Positions 22,456 through 32,984 of a stretch of 54,144 nt of DNA are shown here, piece by piece; position 1 is the first letter of the stretch, and every line of letters begins with the position of its first letter. The position numbers were made by a program, and so were the translations under genes. This stretch comes from an uncultured Spirochaetota bacterium (lineage in GTDB: Bacteria > Spirochaetota > Brevinematia > Brevinematales > JAOACQ01): positions 1 to 54,144 of the forward strand of contig CAWAOD010000008.1 in assembly GCA_963783575.1 (NCBI GenBank). The letters are read 5' to 3'. Under the pieces are notes generated by a model, which ran no database searches, had not been told where the DNA came from, and was given only the letters and a program-made list of their open reading frames with translations.

Positions 22456-22923
22456 ATGAAAAGAAAATCTATCAAATTTGTATTCGCGGGTTTAATTATT
22501 GCCGCTGTATTTTGTATTACATTATTTTCATTTGCGGATGAAGGTAAAAAGGGAGAGAAAGAAGGCGGAAGATTAGCAAAAATGCAGGAAACGCTTGGTT
22601 TAAGCGATGCTCAGGTTTCAAGTATTAAAGATGTTTTTACCGATACCTGGAAGAATATTGAACCATTGATGAAACAGAGAAAAGCAGATTTTGAATCTCT
22701 CAAGGAAAAAGTTAATGCCGGGGCTTCCGATAATGATTTAACAGCCTTAATAGAAACATTGAAATCAGACCAGCAAAAGATTATGGATGTCAGAAAGAAT
22801 GAAATGGAACAGATTAAGGCTATTTTAACCCCTGCACAACAGGCAAAAGCAATTATTGCGATGGGCGAAAGAATGGGTAAATGGAGACATAATAGAGGTG
22901 AAAAAGAACAGGATAGCAAATAA
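22456..22923 (+). CDS. Spy/CpxP family periplasmic protein
   Basis: Signal peptide, LGLSDAQ and ILTPAQ (LTXXQ) motifs; GGAGG RBS. Confidence 0.85.
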   Translation: MKRKSIKFVFAGLIIAAVFCITLFSFADEGKKGEKEGGRLAKMQETLGLSDAQVSSIKDVFTDTWKNIEPLMKQRKADFESLKEKVNAGASDNDLTALIETLKSDQQKIMDVRKNEMEQIKAILTPAQQAKAIIAMGERMGKWRHNRGEKEQDSK

Positions 22924-22967
22924 ATTCTTTTTATAATTTACCTCCTAAAAAAGAGTTTTTTCCCATG

Positions 22968-22997
22968 GGGCGTGTGTGTACACGCCCATTTTTTTTT
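22968..22997 (+). terminator. intrinsic terminator
   Basis: GGGCGTGT-GTGT-ACACGCCC followed by a long T-run. Confidence 0.85.
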
Positions 22998-23096
22998 AGA
23001 ATTTTACTGTAAGAAATGAGATGGAAAAAATAACAGTTAATACTGAGTTGCAAATCCAATTTGTTATAAGGTAAAGTTGCAGGACAAATACTGATA

Positions 23097-23639
23097 TTAT
23101 CTTAGCAAATTATTATATATTAATATATTGTCAATAAATATCAATACTTCAAATAATACAAAAAAATAGTAAATTATATTTTGAAATACGGTTGATTTAT
23201 TTTCTTTATTTATTTTATATTGTTTAATTAATTCTCTAATGCTCAGATATATACAGAATAAACCGATTAATATTGTCAATACCGACATCAAATGACCGCT
23301 AAATTTACCGTAATAGGTTTGTTTTAAAAAGATTTGTTTATTTATTAAACTGACAACTCCTTTTTTTATTATTAAAATACTTCCTAAAAATAAAAATATG
23401 CAGCACAAGTTTATAATGTGATGCCAATTAATAATTTCTAAGTTCTTAAAAAATAAAGTTATGCCAATTAAACTAAAAAAGAATAAAAATAAGTAAATAT
23501 TATTCGATATGAAAAATAACAATAACAGATTTGGTGTAATATGTTTAAATAAATAATAATATTTTATAAAACATAGATAAATTGTAAGTAAAAATATTAT
23601 CAATGATAACAAAAAAAATATAATATGCTTTTTCTTCAT
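23097..23639 (-). CDS. hypothetical membrane protein
   Basis: Several hydrophobic segments; GAAGGA RBS before MKKKHII; very AT-rich. Confidence 0.6.
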   Translation of the reverse strand: MKKKHIIFFLLSLIIFLLTIYLCFIKYYYLFKHITPNLLLLFFISNNIYLFLFFFSLIGITLFFKNLEIINWHHIINLCCIFLFLGSILIIKKGVVSLINKQIFLKQTYYGKFSGHLMSVLTILIGLFCIYLSIRELIKQYKINKENKSTVFQNIIYYFFVLFEVLIFIDNILIYNNLLR

Positions 23640-23664
23640 TATTTTAAATTCCTTCTCCATTGAA

Positions 23665-24537
23665 TTAATTAATAAAATTATTTTTCCAGAATTTATCATC
23701 GGTTCTGAATCTATATTCTTTTATTTGTTCACCCGGATTTACCAATTTTATATATATAACAGGATAATCTTTTTTTTGCAGTTCAACAACCCAGGATGTA
23801 AGTGTTCTTACAGATTTTTCATTACTTCCGGTTCTGCAGATACTGTTGTCGGGCCCATCATTTTTATCATTACTGAATGTTATAAAATCATCAATAGTAA
23901 ATTTGGAGGTATTTTTTGATAAAAGCGAACCGATTCTTTCATATCTTAATTGGCTGCTTTTCCTGATTTTTATATTGGAATATAAAAGCTTTTTATCGAT
24001 ATAATGATTTGTATGAAATAAAATTCCATTATTTTCGGTTTTAATGGAATATTTACCGTCAATCGCGACTTCAACATACATAATATTTTCTTTATCGGCT
24101 ATCAAATACGTTTCAGGCATAGAAGTTTTGAAAATATCCCCATTCTTTATAATAGATGGAATATCCGCATAATTAGATAGTAAATATACTAATAATTTTT
24201 TTCTATCCTTAATCGCATCTATTATTTTATAAGGAATACTGCTTGCATCCGCCGTCACGATAACAAGGCCTTTTTCATTTATACCGGCTACGAATCCACG
24301 GTTAGCAGGCTTTACGTGTTCGGCATATACTCCAAAATAAGCAAAAGTGTTTGTTGATGCCGGTATTTGTTTTAGAAAAGTTTTATGATCCGAGAACCAG
24401 TCATAATTTTTTGCGATCAAAGTGATATTATCTTTAGTCGAATTTCCATTTGCGCTCCAAAGCGTGCATAAAAAAATATTGTTTCTCGCAATAGTTATGA
24501 ATCCGGCAATCAATAGAACAATCTTAATTGTATTCAA
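23665..24537 (-). CDS. Ntn-hydrolase, C45 peptidase / isopenicillin-N acyltransferase-like
   Basis: Signal peptide then CTLW nucleophile; AKNYDW, GINEKGL, HTNHY. Confidence 0.8.
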   Translation of the reverse strand: MNTIKIVLLIAGFITIARNNIFLCTLWSANGNSTKDNITLIAKNYDWFSDHKTFLKQIPASTNTFAYFGVYAEHVKPANRGFVAGINEKGLVIVTADASSIPYKIIDAIKDRKKLLVYLLSNYADIPSIIKNGDIFKTSMPETYLIADKENIMYVEVAIDGKYSIKTENNGILFHTNHYIDKKLLYSNIKIRKSSQLRYERIGSLLSKNTSKFTIDDFITFSNDKNDGPDNSICRTGSNEKSVRTLTSWVVELQKKDYPVIYIKLVNPGEQIKEYRFRTDDKFWKNNFIN

Positions 24538-24614
24538 TATTTACTCCTTCTTATTAATCGCATCAAAAAAACTTTACAATATTGTTGATAAAGGCCTATC
24601 TGTTCTTTAATAGT

Positions 24615-25058
24615 TTAAAGTATGTCATTTAATATCTTAACAGAATCTCTTACATATGATGTGCATATTTTTTCAGTAAGCGATTCTTTTTTAAATCTTT
24701 TCTTACCTTCTTCCGTTAATAAATCGCAACCATTTAATAATATCTTACAATTTGTTGTTTTATATTTCTCTTTAAAAACTTTTGTAAATTCACGAATTTT
24801 TGAATACGTTTTTTCTTTTAGATGCTCTTCATCTTTACTGGATTTGCCATATTTTAAGCCAATTACCATATATGCACCTGTCACTGCGCCGCAAGTTTCT
24901 TGATGCCTTCCCATACCAGCCCCAAACCCGCAGGAAATTTTTAAAGCTGTTTTTTCATCCAAATTAAACGTATTAGCAAACGCAAATAAAACTGACTGAG
25001 AACAATTAAAGCCTTCTTTAAATTTATTAACAGCAATTTCTTCATAATTGTTAATCAT
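24615..25058 (-). CDS. C_GCAxxG_C_C family redox protein
   Basis: FNCSQSV, GFGAGMG, CGAVTG and later Cys residues. Confidence 0.9.
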   Translation of the reverse strand: MINNYEEIAVNKFKEGFNCSQSVLFAFANTFNLDEKTALKISCGFGAGMGRHQETCGAVTGAYMVIGLKYGKSSKDEEHLKEKTYSKIREFTKVFKEKYKTTNCKILLNGCDLLTEEGKKRFKKESLTEKICTSYVRDSVKILNDIL

Positions 25059-25129
25059 TTTTATACTCCTTAAATTATTAGCTATATCAAATGAATCATC
25101 TCATTAAACTTCTTGGTTTGTATTTTACA

Positions 25130-25444
25130 CTAAAATTTCTCAAGATATCTTACCATTTTGTTTGTTGAAACTGCATATTCTATTTCGCTTTTAGTAGAAG
25201 CCCCAATATATCCATTATAATTAATTACAAATATTTCATCAGATAAATCTATTTTTCGTTTATGCATATCGTCCAGCATTTCTTTTGTATCCTCTGTCCA
25301 AACTTTGTTATCGCCCGAATGGCCAAACAATCCTACGCTGATAACTATGTTGCCTTCCAGTGTCAATCTCTTTTGTTCAGAAATAAATTGTTCCTTGAAT
25401 TTTGTACTGCCGCAGAGTGTGATGATTTTATATTTCCCAATCAT
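25130..25444 (-). CDS. conserved hypothetical protein (nucleoside deoxyribosyltransferase-like fold, tentative)
   Basis: IITLCGSTKF...HKRKIDLSDEIFVIN..GYIGASTKSEIEYA; GAGG RBS. Confidence 0.7.
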   Translation of the reverse strand: MIGKYKIITLCGSTKFKEQFISEQKRLTLEGNIVISVGLFGHSGDNKVWTEDTKEMLDDMHKRKIDLSDEIFVINYNGYIGASTKSEIEYAVSTNKMVRYLEKF

Positions 25445-25538
25445 AAATAAATCCTCATTATCTCTATTAAATATTATAAATCAATGTAAATGGAGTGTTT
25501 ACCTCTATAAACTGATTCCAGGTTGTATTAATATTTTC

Positions 25539-27389
25539 TTATTCATTATCGCCATCTATTAAAGGGAGTCTTATTGAAAATTTAGTTCCCTTATTTATTT
25601 CGCTTGAGACTTCAATTTCTCCATTATGTTTTTTGATAATTTCATAACATAAGCTCAATCCCAATCCTGTTCCTTTGCCTGCTTCCTTTGTGGTGAAAAA
25701 AGGTTCAAATATATGCTTCTTTACTTCTTCACTCATTCCTGTGCCATTATCGGATATATCAATTTCAATCAGCTTTCCTTCTCGTTTAGTATCGATAGTG
25801 ATTCTGCCGCCATCCTGCATAGCGTCGATGGCATTATTGAATAAATTTACTACAACCTGCTGTATCTGATTCTTATTTGCCAAAGTATTGGGCAAATCTT
25901 TATTATATGCTTTTATTATTTCTATATTCTTTATTTTTGCCTGTGCTTCTATTAAAGACAATGTTTCATCTATGGCCTGGTTTATATTTATTAATTCAAC
26001 CTCAGTCTTTCCAGTCCTGGAAAATGTTAATAAATCCACAATCATTTTCCTGCACCTCACAGCCTCTCGCTCTATCGATTTTAAAGGCTTATAAAGCGGG
26101 TCATCTTCTTTAATTCTTTTGACGATGCTTTGTGCAAAACCCAGGATAACACCCATTGGATTGTTTATCTCATGAGCTACGCCCCCTGCTAATTGTCCAA
26201 CAGCCGCAATCTTCTCAGACTGAAACAGCATAGTCTGAGCAGCCTTTAATTTATCATAGGCTTCCTTTAATTCATTCTCTCTTTCCTGCAAAGCTTCGGT
26301 ACGGACTTTTTCAGTCGCAAGCTCCTTCTCTCTATTCTGAAGCATTAAAATCTTCCTCATATCCCTTGCTATTCCGACAAAGCCTAATATATTACCTTCT
26401 TTATCTCTCATTTCCGAGATTGAAAAACTTACAGGAATGTCTTCACCATTTTTTGTGCGGAGGAAATCCTGGCAGTTTCTGAACGAATTTTCTTTAAAAA
26501 ACTTTTCACTTTCATTTTCAATAAATGTTTTATAACTTTCTGGAAAAAGTATCTCTACGGAATTGCCGGTAATCTCATTGCTTTTGTAACCCAGCATTTT
26601 GAGAGCAGCGTTATTCATCTCGATAATAGTATTCTCCGGACTTATTAGAATCAATGAATCGCTCATTGTAGCAAGAATATCTGAAGCTGCATAAGCAGGG
26701 GTCAGTACCATTAACCCGTATTTGGTTATAGCATATACAATTCCACCTGCCCAGATAAGAGTAAAAATACCACCTAACTGAGGAAGGAAATTTATATTTA
26801 AAATTGGAAGCAGTATATCTGTAATTGAACCCAAAACAATAGGTGTGATACCGGTAATAACAATTATTCTTGCCTGTTTTTTTTCAAAGCTGTTTTTAGC
26901 TTTTAAAATAAAAAAGTAACACAAAGAAATAGAAATTAACATAAATGAAAAGTAATAAACATAAAAAATATTGTTCCAGATTGAATTTGACCAGATGTCA
27001 GTCCATCCGTAATATTCTTTAATATTATGGTTGTACAGATACCCTGTCCATTGTTTATAAATAAAAAATGCCGGAATTATCAAAATAAAGAAATAAAAAT
27101 ACCATTTCCTCAATAATTTTTCTTTCCCGGTAAAAACAAGCGCAAACCATAAAGCGAAAGAAGGGAAGCTGCACCAGCCGATAGAAGAGATGTTTAACAA
27201 TAACATGGCTATTTCTTCAGTTTTGGCAGTATAATGATATGCTGTAAAGAAATTCCATATAACAAAACAGCCTAAAAGTAATGCGCAAGTTCTATTCAGT
27301 ACTGCCTTTGGATTTTTATACAGCACAAAAAAAATCAGCCATAAAAAAAGCAGGGAAGCTGTATATTGAATTACAAATATAATATTCAT
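25539..27389 (-). CDS. 7TM-PAS sensor histidine kinase
   Basis: N-terminal TM region, PAS domain, H-box GVAHEINNP, DNGTG, FFTTK, GTGLGL. Confidence 0.93.
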   Translation of the reverse strand: MNIIFVIQYTASLLFLWLIFFVLYKNPKAVLNRTCALLLGCFVIWNFFTAYHYTAKTEEIAMLLLNISSIGWCSFPSFALWFALVFTGKEKLLRKWYFYFFILIIPAFFIYKQWTGYLYNHNIKEYYGWTDIWSNSIWNNIFYVYYFSFMLISISLCYFFILKAKNSFEKKQARIIVITGITPIVLGSITDILLPILNINFLPQLGGIFTLIWAGGIVYAITKYGLMVLTPAYAASDILATMSDSLILISPENTIIEMNNAALKMLGYKSNEITGNSVEILFPESYKTFIENESEKFFKENSFRNCQDFLRTKNGEDIPVSFSISEMRDKEGNILGFVGIARDMRKILMLQNREKELATEKVRTEALQERENELKEAYDKLKAAQTMLFQSEKIAAVGQLAGGVAHEINNPMGVILGFAQSIVKRIKEDDPLYKPLKSIEREAVRCRKMIVDLLTFSRTGKTEVELININQAIDETLSLIEAQAKIKNIEIIKAYNKDLPNTLANKNQIQQVVVNLFNNAIDAMQDGGRITIDTKREGKLIEIDISDNGTGMSEEVKKHIFEPFFTTKEAGKGTGLGLSLCYEIIKKHNGEIEVSSEINKGTKFSIRLPLIDGDNE

Positions 27390-27601
27390 AATTTTCCTGA
27401 ATTTAAGATTTTAAAATGCTTTCTCTAAAACAGAATCAAACAGTTTATTACTGAACAAATTAGTTTTTAAGCTAAAGAGTATTTGATTTTATCATACTTT
27501 TCATATCAAAACAATCTTTTTATTATTTGGCGCCGAAGAAACTCCTAGCCTTAACACTGAATTTATAGGATTATTGAAAACCATTAACATTAGAAGAACA
27601 T

Positions 27602-28027
27602 TTAATTAAAAATAGAAATGATAATTCCAGCTATGATTATTAAAACAGCGTAAAGTGATCCTTTCCAGGGTGTATCTGCTTTTGTATTCTTATATAATAT
27701 GAAATTATTTATAAAAAGTCCTGTACAATATATTATTGCTATAACTGGAATTGAATATTTGTAAATTAAATCTGGTATAAAATAATTAACTATCGGAAAA
27801 ATTATTAATAAAATCGATAATATAAGAAAACCCAATCCAGACAGCCGCATTAATGATAGGATTACAAGCTTAAGTGGATTTTCAATTTCATCCCATGGTT
27901 TACCGGCGGCTTTTTCTTGAAAAGGTAAGTATGTATTAGAAAACAGACTTTTAATTGCCATAACCAAGCTGATGACACCAACAATGAAATATAAAACGAT
28001 TGTAATTAATTTAAGTATTTCTTTCAT
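27602..28027 (-). CDS. hypothetical 4-TM membrane protein, paralog of 8806..9243
   Basis: GGAGGT RBS; collinear with the first copy. Confidence 0.85.
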   Translation of the reverse strand: MKEILKLITIVLYFIVGVISLVMAIKSLFSNTYLPFQEKAAGKPWDEIENPLKLVILSLMRLSGLGFLILSILLIIFPIVNYFIPDLIYKYSIPVIAIIYCTGLFINNFILYKNTKADTPWKGSLYAVLIIIAGIIISIFN

Positions 28028-28056
28028 CTCAAACCTCCACGGTCCGAAAGATTTTT

Positions 28057-28674
28057 TCACCGTATAAAATTCGTTCTGACTTTTTGACTTTGTACCGGTT
28101 CATTTATTTCTTTTTTTCCGGAATGAATCGTTTTTAAAAGCCACCCCATGTTTTTACCCAGAGTCTGCATAATTTGGACACCCTCTTCATCTTTCATCAC
28201 TTCTTCGGAATTTGTACCATGAATAACATTCCAATATTGTGACGGCGCTATTATCATTTGAGATAAATTGAAATAATTGTTTATTTGCTGAAAAGTGGAA
28301 ACTCCGCCCGAACGCCGTAATGAAACTACAGCGGCGCCGACTTTATACCGCATATCAGGCCCAATAAAAAATAATCTATCAAGAAAACATTTCAATGTTC
28401 CTGCTATCCCGGAATAATAAACAGGCGAACCAATAATTAATCCATCAACCTTTTGAATTTCTTCAAGATATTCATTTACAATATCATTATTAAAAACACA
28501 CTTTTTAAGTTCCCTGCATTTGTAGCAGCCGTTACAACCCCTGATATTCTTATTACCGACCTGAACAATTTCAACATCAATATCAAATTTCTTTATTTCT
28601 TCAGAAACAATATTTAAACTTGTGAATATACTGCCGTCTTTATGCGGACTTCCATTAAAAGCTAATACTTTCAT
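28057..28674 (-). CDS. flavodoxin family / iron-sulfur flavoprotein
   Basis: NGSP, CxxCxxCx5C, GSPVYY, RRSGG. Confidence 0.9.
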   Translation of the reverse strand: MKVLAFNGSPHKDGSIFTSLNIVSEEIKKFDIDVEIVQVGNKNIRGCNGCYKCRELKKCVFNNDIVNEYLEEIQKVDGLIIGSPVYYSGIAGTLKCFLDRLFFIGPDMRYKVGAAVVSLRRSGGVSTFQQINNYFNLSQMIIAPSQYWNVIHGTNSEEVMKDEEGVQIMQTLGKNMGWLLKTIHSGKKEINEPVQSQKVRTNFIR

Positions 28675-28963
28675 TTAAAAAACCTCCTAAAGTTTTAGAT
28701 ATTATATTAATTCTTAAAGCCAGTAAATAATCTATGGCTTTGGCTCTATGCCGCAAATCCAGCCTTTTTTAACCCTTCTCTTCTTGTATCCGGGTTTATT
28801 TTAATTCCAATTATTAAAATTCTCAAATCATACAATAAATCAATTGATCCGGACTTATATTTAAAGATAAACTATTTTATTTAAAAAGTAGGGAGGGTTT
28901 TACCTGCTTGCTTATCAATTGCCGAATGAGAAAAAGAATAAGCCTTCATCAAAATAACGTAAT

Positions 28964-29593
28964 TCAGTGCAGATTCCTCAAACCGGTCTGGATTAAACCG
29001 TAAATCAATAAAATTATACCTGCGCTTGATATATAATATCGGAATGGTTTTATTAATATACCCAATGAATATATTACAGCCCCGGCAATAAAGGATAACA
29101 ATGCCGTAGCCGCAAAAACCCCTAAATCCCAAAATGCAAAACCAAAGAGAATAAAATTTAAAGTAAAGAGTAATAATGGAATAGAAATTCCTATTATAAA
29201 TAAATAATTTGTATAAATCGGGCCTTTTGCTAAATTTAAAATCTGCGGATCGATTTTAGCTAATATGGGCCAGATAAAAGTTTCATAAAAACCAATTCCA
29301 CCCATTAGTATAGTTCCGGTTATTAATAAACTAAATAAAAATAAACCAAAATTTTTCAATTTATCCATAAACGCAAAGTAGGTTGTTCCGAATGAAATTG
29401 CGATTAAAATGATGGCCAGCAATTGAAAAATATTACTGATAATTGAACCATAAGATAAATAATAATTTCCGAAATGCTTGTTTAATTTTTTTTCAAAGAA
29501 GAAAAAAAGAAACATGGCTGAAAACCACCAGATTGCCAGTGTTATTGCGGCTAAAATATAAGTGTAACCTGAAAATTTCATTAATGAAATCAT
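28964..29593 (-). CDS. hypothetical membrane protein
   Basis: About six hydrophobic segments. Confidence 0.7.
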   Translation of the reverse strand: MISLMKFSGYTYILAAITLAIWWFSAMFLFFFFEKKLNKHFGNYYLSYGSIISNIFQLLAIILIAISFGTTYFAFMDKLKNFGLFLFSLLITGTILMGGIGFYETFIWPILAKIDPQILNLAKGPIYTNYLFIIGISIPLLLFTLNFILFGFAFWDLGVFAATALLSFIAGAVIYSLGILIKPFRYYISSAGIILLIYGLIQTGLRNLH

Positions 29594-29675
29594 AGAATAT
29601 ACTTCCTATAAAAATTTATTTTGTATTAATTATTGTATCGTATAAATATAAGCTAAATAAATTTATAAATATTAT

Positions 29676-30059
29676 CTATTTTTTTTTATCAGGGCTGATA
29701 TGATTTAAATCAACAATTAACTTTTTGACTTCATTAATATCAAATTCATCATTCTTATCGTCTTTAGAATAATTTTCCAAAATTGAATTTATTTTATGAA
29801 TTATAAGTATATCTTCCTGGGATAAGTATTTGCCATTTTGAGTTTCAACCTGAATATTATTACAGATCATTTGTAATTCGATAATTGATAAGTTAATTTC
29901 ACTACTGCTATTTTTCAATTTATTTACTAAAATTTTATCCTCAAAAGTAGTTACTTCACCGTCTCCCCAATGTCCCTGCTGAATATCTTTTTCGGCATAA
30001 TTTAATAATATATTTTTTTCATAATCAGAAAAATCGAATTTAATCACTTTTTCCCCCAA
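29676..30059 (-). CDS. hypothetical protein
   Basis: 127-aa ORF co-oriented with its neighbours; start uncertain. Confidence 0.6.
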   Translation of the reverse strand: MGEKVIKFDFSDYEKNILLNYAEKDIQQGHWGDGEVTTFEDKILVNKLKNSSSEINLSIIELQMICNNIQVETQNGKYLSQEDILIIHKINSILENYSKDDKNDEFDINEVKKLIVDLNHISPDKKK

Positions 30060-30175
30060 TTTAATTTCGCTGCGGATGCTTAAATTGAATATTTAAGAAT
30101 TAAAATTCTTTTATTGATCTATAGTATTACCAATATAATAATATTAATCATGTAAGTCAAGATATCGGTTATAAT

Positions 30176-30333
30176 GGGCAGTTCTAAAAACCCAAACTTT
30201 GATGGTCCCTGAGTGATTTTTGCGTTAGCAAAAATTTTATCGAAGGGACGTATTGTATTGTCGTCTCGATACATTTTCGGCTGTGCCGAAAATGTATCGA
30301 GACGACCGGTAGGCTTGGTTTTTAGAACTGCCC
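30176..30333. mobile_element. 158-bp MITE
   Basis: 17-bp perfect TIR GGGCAGTTCTAAAAACC; TAAT on both flanks (4-bp TSD); internal 22-bp perfect hairpin at 30260-30306; no ORF. Confidence 0.88.
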
Positions 30334-30368
30334 TAATATCATCATTTCCATTTTAACCAAATCCATCT

Positions 30369-31352
30369 TTATGCTATTTTTATATTCGACAAGTACTCCC
30401 CAATCAAATCATCGGCAATTCTTATTATTGAAAGATGTTTCTGCCCCGGGATTATCCGGACTAAACTTTCCTGCCGGATATTTTCCCTGACATATTGAAA
30501 ATAATTGGTGGTATTTTCTGGAATAAATAGTTCATCATCCTGACCGATAAATAAACAAAATGGTTTATCAATAGCCGAAAAATGTTTTTTTAAATCGGTT
30601 GGAGTTGTAGCGTTAATCATATTACATGTATAAGTATCGACGAATAATGGCATATTTTCTTTTATTTCTTTTGGATAATTCAGCTTAACCGCGGTACAAT
30701 TCCCGCAAAGAGCACCGAAACTTATTTTATTGATTATAATTGGTAATAAATTAGGTTTTGCAAAAGGGTCTCTATCAAATGGATATCTGTCAGCATTTGA
30801 AAAATATCCCAATTTCGGCGATAAAAAAATATATCCTGAAACCGGACACCTTTTTTTCCAGGTTGCATAGTTTATAACTAAACCTCCACCAGAAGAATGT
30901 CCTCCCAAATAAACGGGCAAATTTCTATTCTGTATTGTAACAAAAGTTACAAATTCTGTTAAATCCTGCCAAATTCTTTCTGTTGTTGGTGAATCACCGC
31001 GATTCCCCCCGGATAATCCATGCCCTCTAATATCTAATAAATATGTTGTAATATTATATTTCTTTGGTAACCCTTCAGCTATATATTGATAACCTGCGCC
31101 GCTATATGCTCCTCCGCCATGAATAAAAACAACAATTTTATTTTCATTTGAAACCGGTTTATATTTATAAAATGCCAATTTAATACCATCTGTTGTCTTG
31201 AAATAATCAGGTTCTATTATGTTCAGATAAGGCTCACTCATCAGCTCTTTAAAAGAAAAAGGCTCATTACTCTTTACACCTGCCGGCTCACAACCTGTTA
31301 ATAAAGCTAAAAAAATAAGTGATGCAGAAATTTTCATTTCGAAATGTTTCAT
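30369..31352 (-). CDS. alpha/beta hydrolase, probable lipoprotein
   Basis: Lipobox LTGC, HGGG, DIRGHG, GHSSGG nucleophile elbow. Confidence 0.88.
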   Translation of the reverse strand: MKHFEMKISASLIFLALLTGCEPAGVKSNEPFSFKELMSEPYLNIIEPDYFKTTDGIKLAFYKYKPVSNENKIVVFIHGGGAYSGAGYQYIAEGLPKKYNITTYLLDIRGHGLSGGNRGDSPTTERIWQDLTEFVTFVTIQNRNLPVYLGGHSSGGGLVINYATWKKRCPVSGYIFLSPKLGYFSNADRYPFDRDPFAKPNLLPIIINKISFGALCGNCTAVKLNYPKEIKENMPLFVDTYTCNMINATTPTDLKKHFSAIDKPFCLFIGQDDELFIPENTTNYFQYVRENIRQESLVRIIPGQKHLSIIRIADDLIGEYLSNIKIA

Positions 31353-31486
31353 AAAGTTACCTTTTAGATACTTTTAATTCAAAATATGTTTTTATTATAC
31401 TATTCATTATTAAAAATGATAACCACTTTATCAAAAATTTCGGCTAAATGTTAAGATATTATACAAAGTTTGTACAGTGCATTTTA

Positions 31487-31885
31487 TCAAGAACTCTTAT
31501 AAATTCTTTTAAAAGTAATGATAAAAAATAATAGGAATACCATCTGCATGAGCAAAGCCGGTTGGTAAATCAGAAAAACTTTCCAATAGAAAGTATTAGA
31601 AAATAGGTTAATCGCCACATCCGATATCATTATTAATAAATAGAACCATAAACCAGTTCTTATATTTAGAAATAATATTCCAATTGAAAGAGGATCCAGT
31701 AAAGTCAATGATGTCCAGTAAAGATTTAATATAAAAGGGACATTACCTCTGGTATAAGGGAATAATCCGCCTTTTATTAAGTCGATTATATGATTACAAG
31801 CAGCTCCGGTAAATGAAAAGATGTAAATGATTAAAATGATTTTATTAGGAAGATTTGATTTCAGGAAAAATTTTTTAATTGTCAT
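31487..31885 (-). CDS. hypothetical membrane protein
   Basis: Four hydrophobic segments, YWTSLTLLDP motif. Confidence 0.7.
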   Translation of the reverse strand: MTIKKFFLKSNLPNKIILIIYIFSFTGAACNHIIDLIKGGLFPYTRGNVPFILNLYWTSLTLLDPLSIGILFLNIRTGLWFYLLIMISDVAINLFSNTFYWKVFLIYQPALLMQMVFLLFFIITFKRIYKSS

Positions 31886-31919
31886 AAAACCTTCGGGTCT
31901 TCGAATTACTTGTTTTATT

Positions 31920-32441
31920 TTAACTCAATTTCAATAATTTCAGGATTATTTCATTACTAAATTTAGTTGATGCTATCGGTCCATTCGCAGTTATGATATT
32001 TCCATTAATACAAACATCATTATCGTTATAAATATTATCGCTTTCTTTTATAATCTTCAATGTCTCTTCAGTTTTATATGCGGTAATATATGAGTTTTTT
32101 ATTATTCCGGAATATATAAAACAAATTGGAGCTAAACAAATCGCCGCTAATATTTTATTGTTTTTATAAGCGGCTTTAATTTTTTCGTGAAGAATATCAT
32201 TTTTCCATAAATATTTCTTACTTCCCGAACCGCCAATAATTATAAAACAATCATAATCAGTTACAATTAATTCCTGAATAGAAATATCCGGTATAATTGA
32301 AAAAGACTTATAACCGAATGCTTTTGATTTTGAAACCGATGCCGTTTCATATAATATTTTATTTCCCTGCAAAGTATTAATAACTGCAGTAAATTCGGTA
32401 TTATTGAATTTCTCTTGTGCAATAATAATAACTACTTTCAT
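31920..32441 (-). CDS. DJ-1/PfpI family protein
   Basis: IIGGSG, AAICLAP (catalytic Cys), ITANGP. Confidence 0.9.
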   Translation of the reverse strand: MKVVIIIAQEKFNNTEFTAVINTLQGNKILYETASVSKSKAFGYKSFSIIPDISIQELIVTDYDCFIIIGGSGSKKYLWKNDILHEKIKAAYKNNKILAAICLAPICFIYSGIIKNSYITAYKTEETLKIIKESDNIYNDNDVCINGNIITANGPIASTKFSNEIILKLLKLS

Positions 32442-32468
32442 ATTTTTCCTTATATTAATGCAGAAACC

Positions 32469-32891
32469 TCATATTATTTTTACAAAGTATTTAGGTTCTT
32501 CAACAAAACCTTGTCTTAGATAAAATCTGTGAGCATCATTCCTTCTTGAATGGCAATGAACCTCAATACTGTAACATTTTCTTTCCGACGCAATTAATGC
32601 GCACTGTTTTTCTAAAAGATTTCCGATACCTTTACTCCTGCTATTTTTATCAACACAAAAATAGCTTATTCTTGCAATATCACCCTCCAGAGCTAATTGA
32701 GGGACAAAGTGAACAGATATGAAACCGTAAATAATTTCATTTTCTTCGGCAACAAGCAACATCTCATTCTCATCATAGGAAAATTGTTTAATTTTGCGTT
32801 TAATAAACTCTTCTGTATTTTTATAATCAAGTTGGACAAGCAATTTTACAATCGCAGAAGAATCGTTTTCATTAGCTTTTCTTATGGTCAT
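32469..32891 (-). CDS. GNAT N-acetyltransferase
   Basis: RSKGIG motif A, AHRFYLRQGF; GAGGT RBS. Confidence 0.9.
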   Translation of the reverse strand: MTIRKANENDSSAIVKLLVQLDYKNTEEFIKRKIKQFSYDENEMLLVAEENEIIYGFISVHFVPQLALEGDIARISYFCVDKNSRSKGIGNLLEKQCALIASERKCYSIEVHCHSRRNDAHRFYLRQGFVEEPKYFVKII

Positions 32892-32984
32892 TTTAACCTC
32901 TTTTAAAATATGCAACTGTTAAAATTTATATTATCATATTCAACATGTTACTTTTTGTTTGGACTCATTTTACTGTGTGTTATG

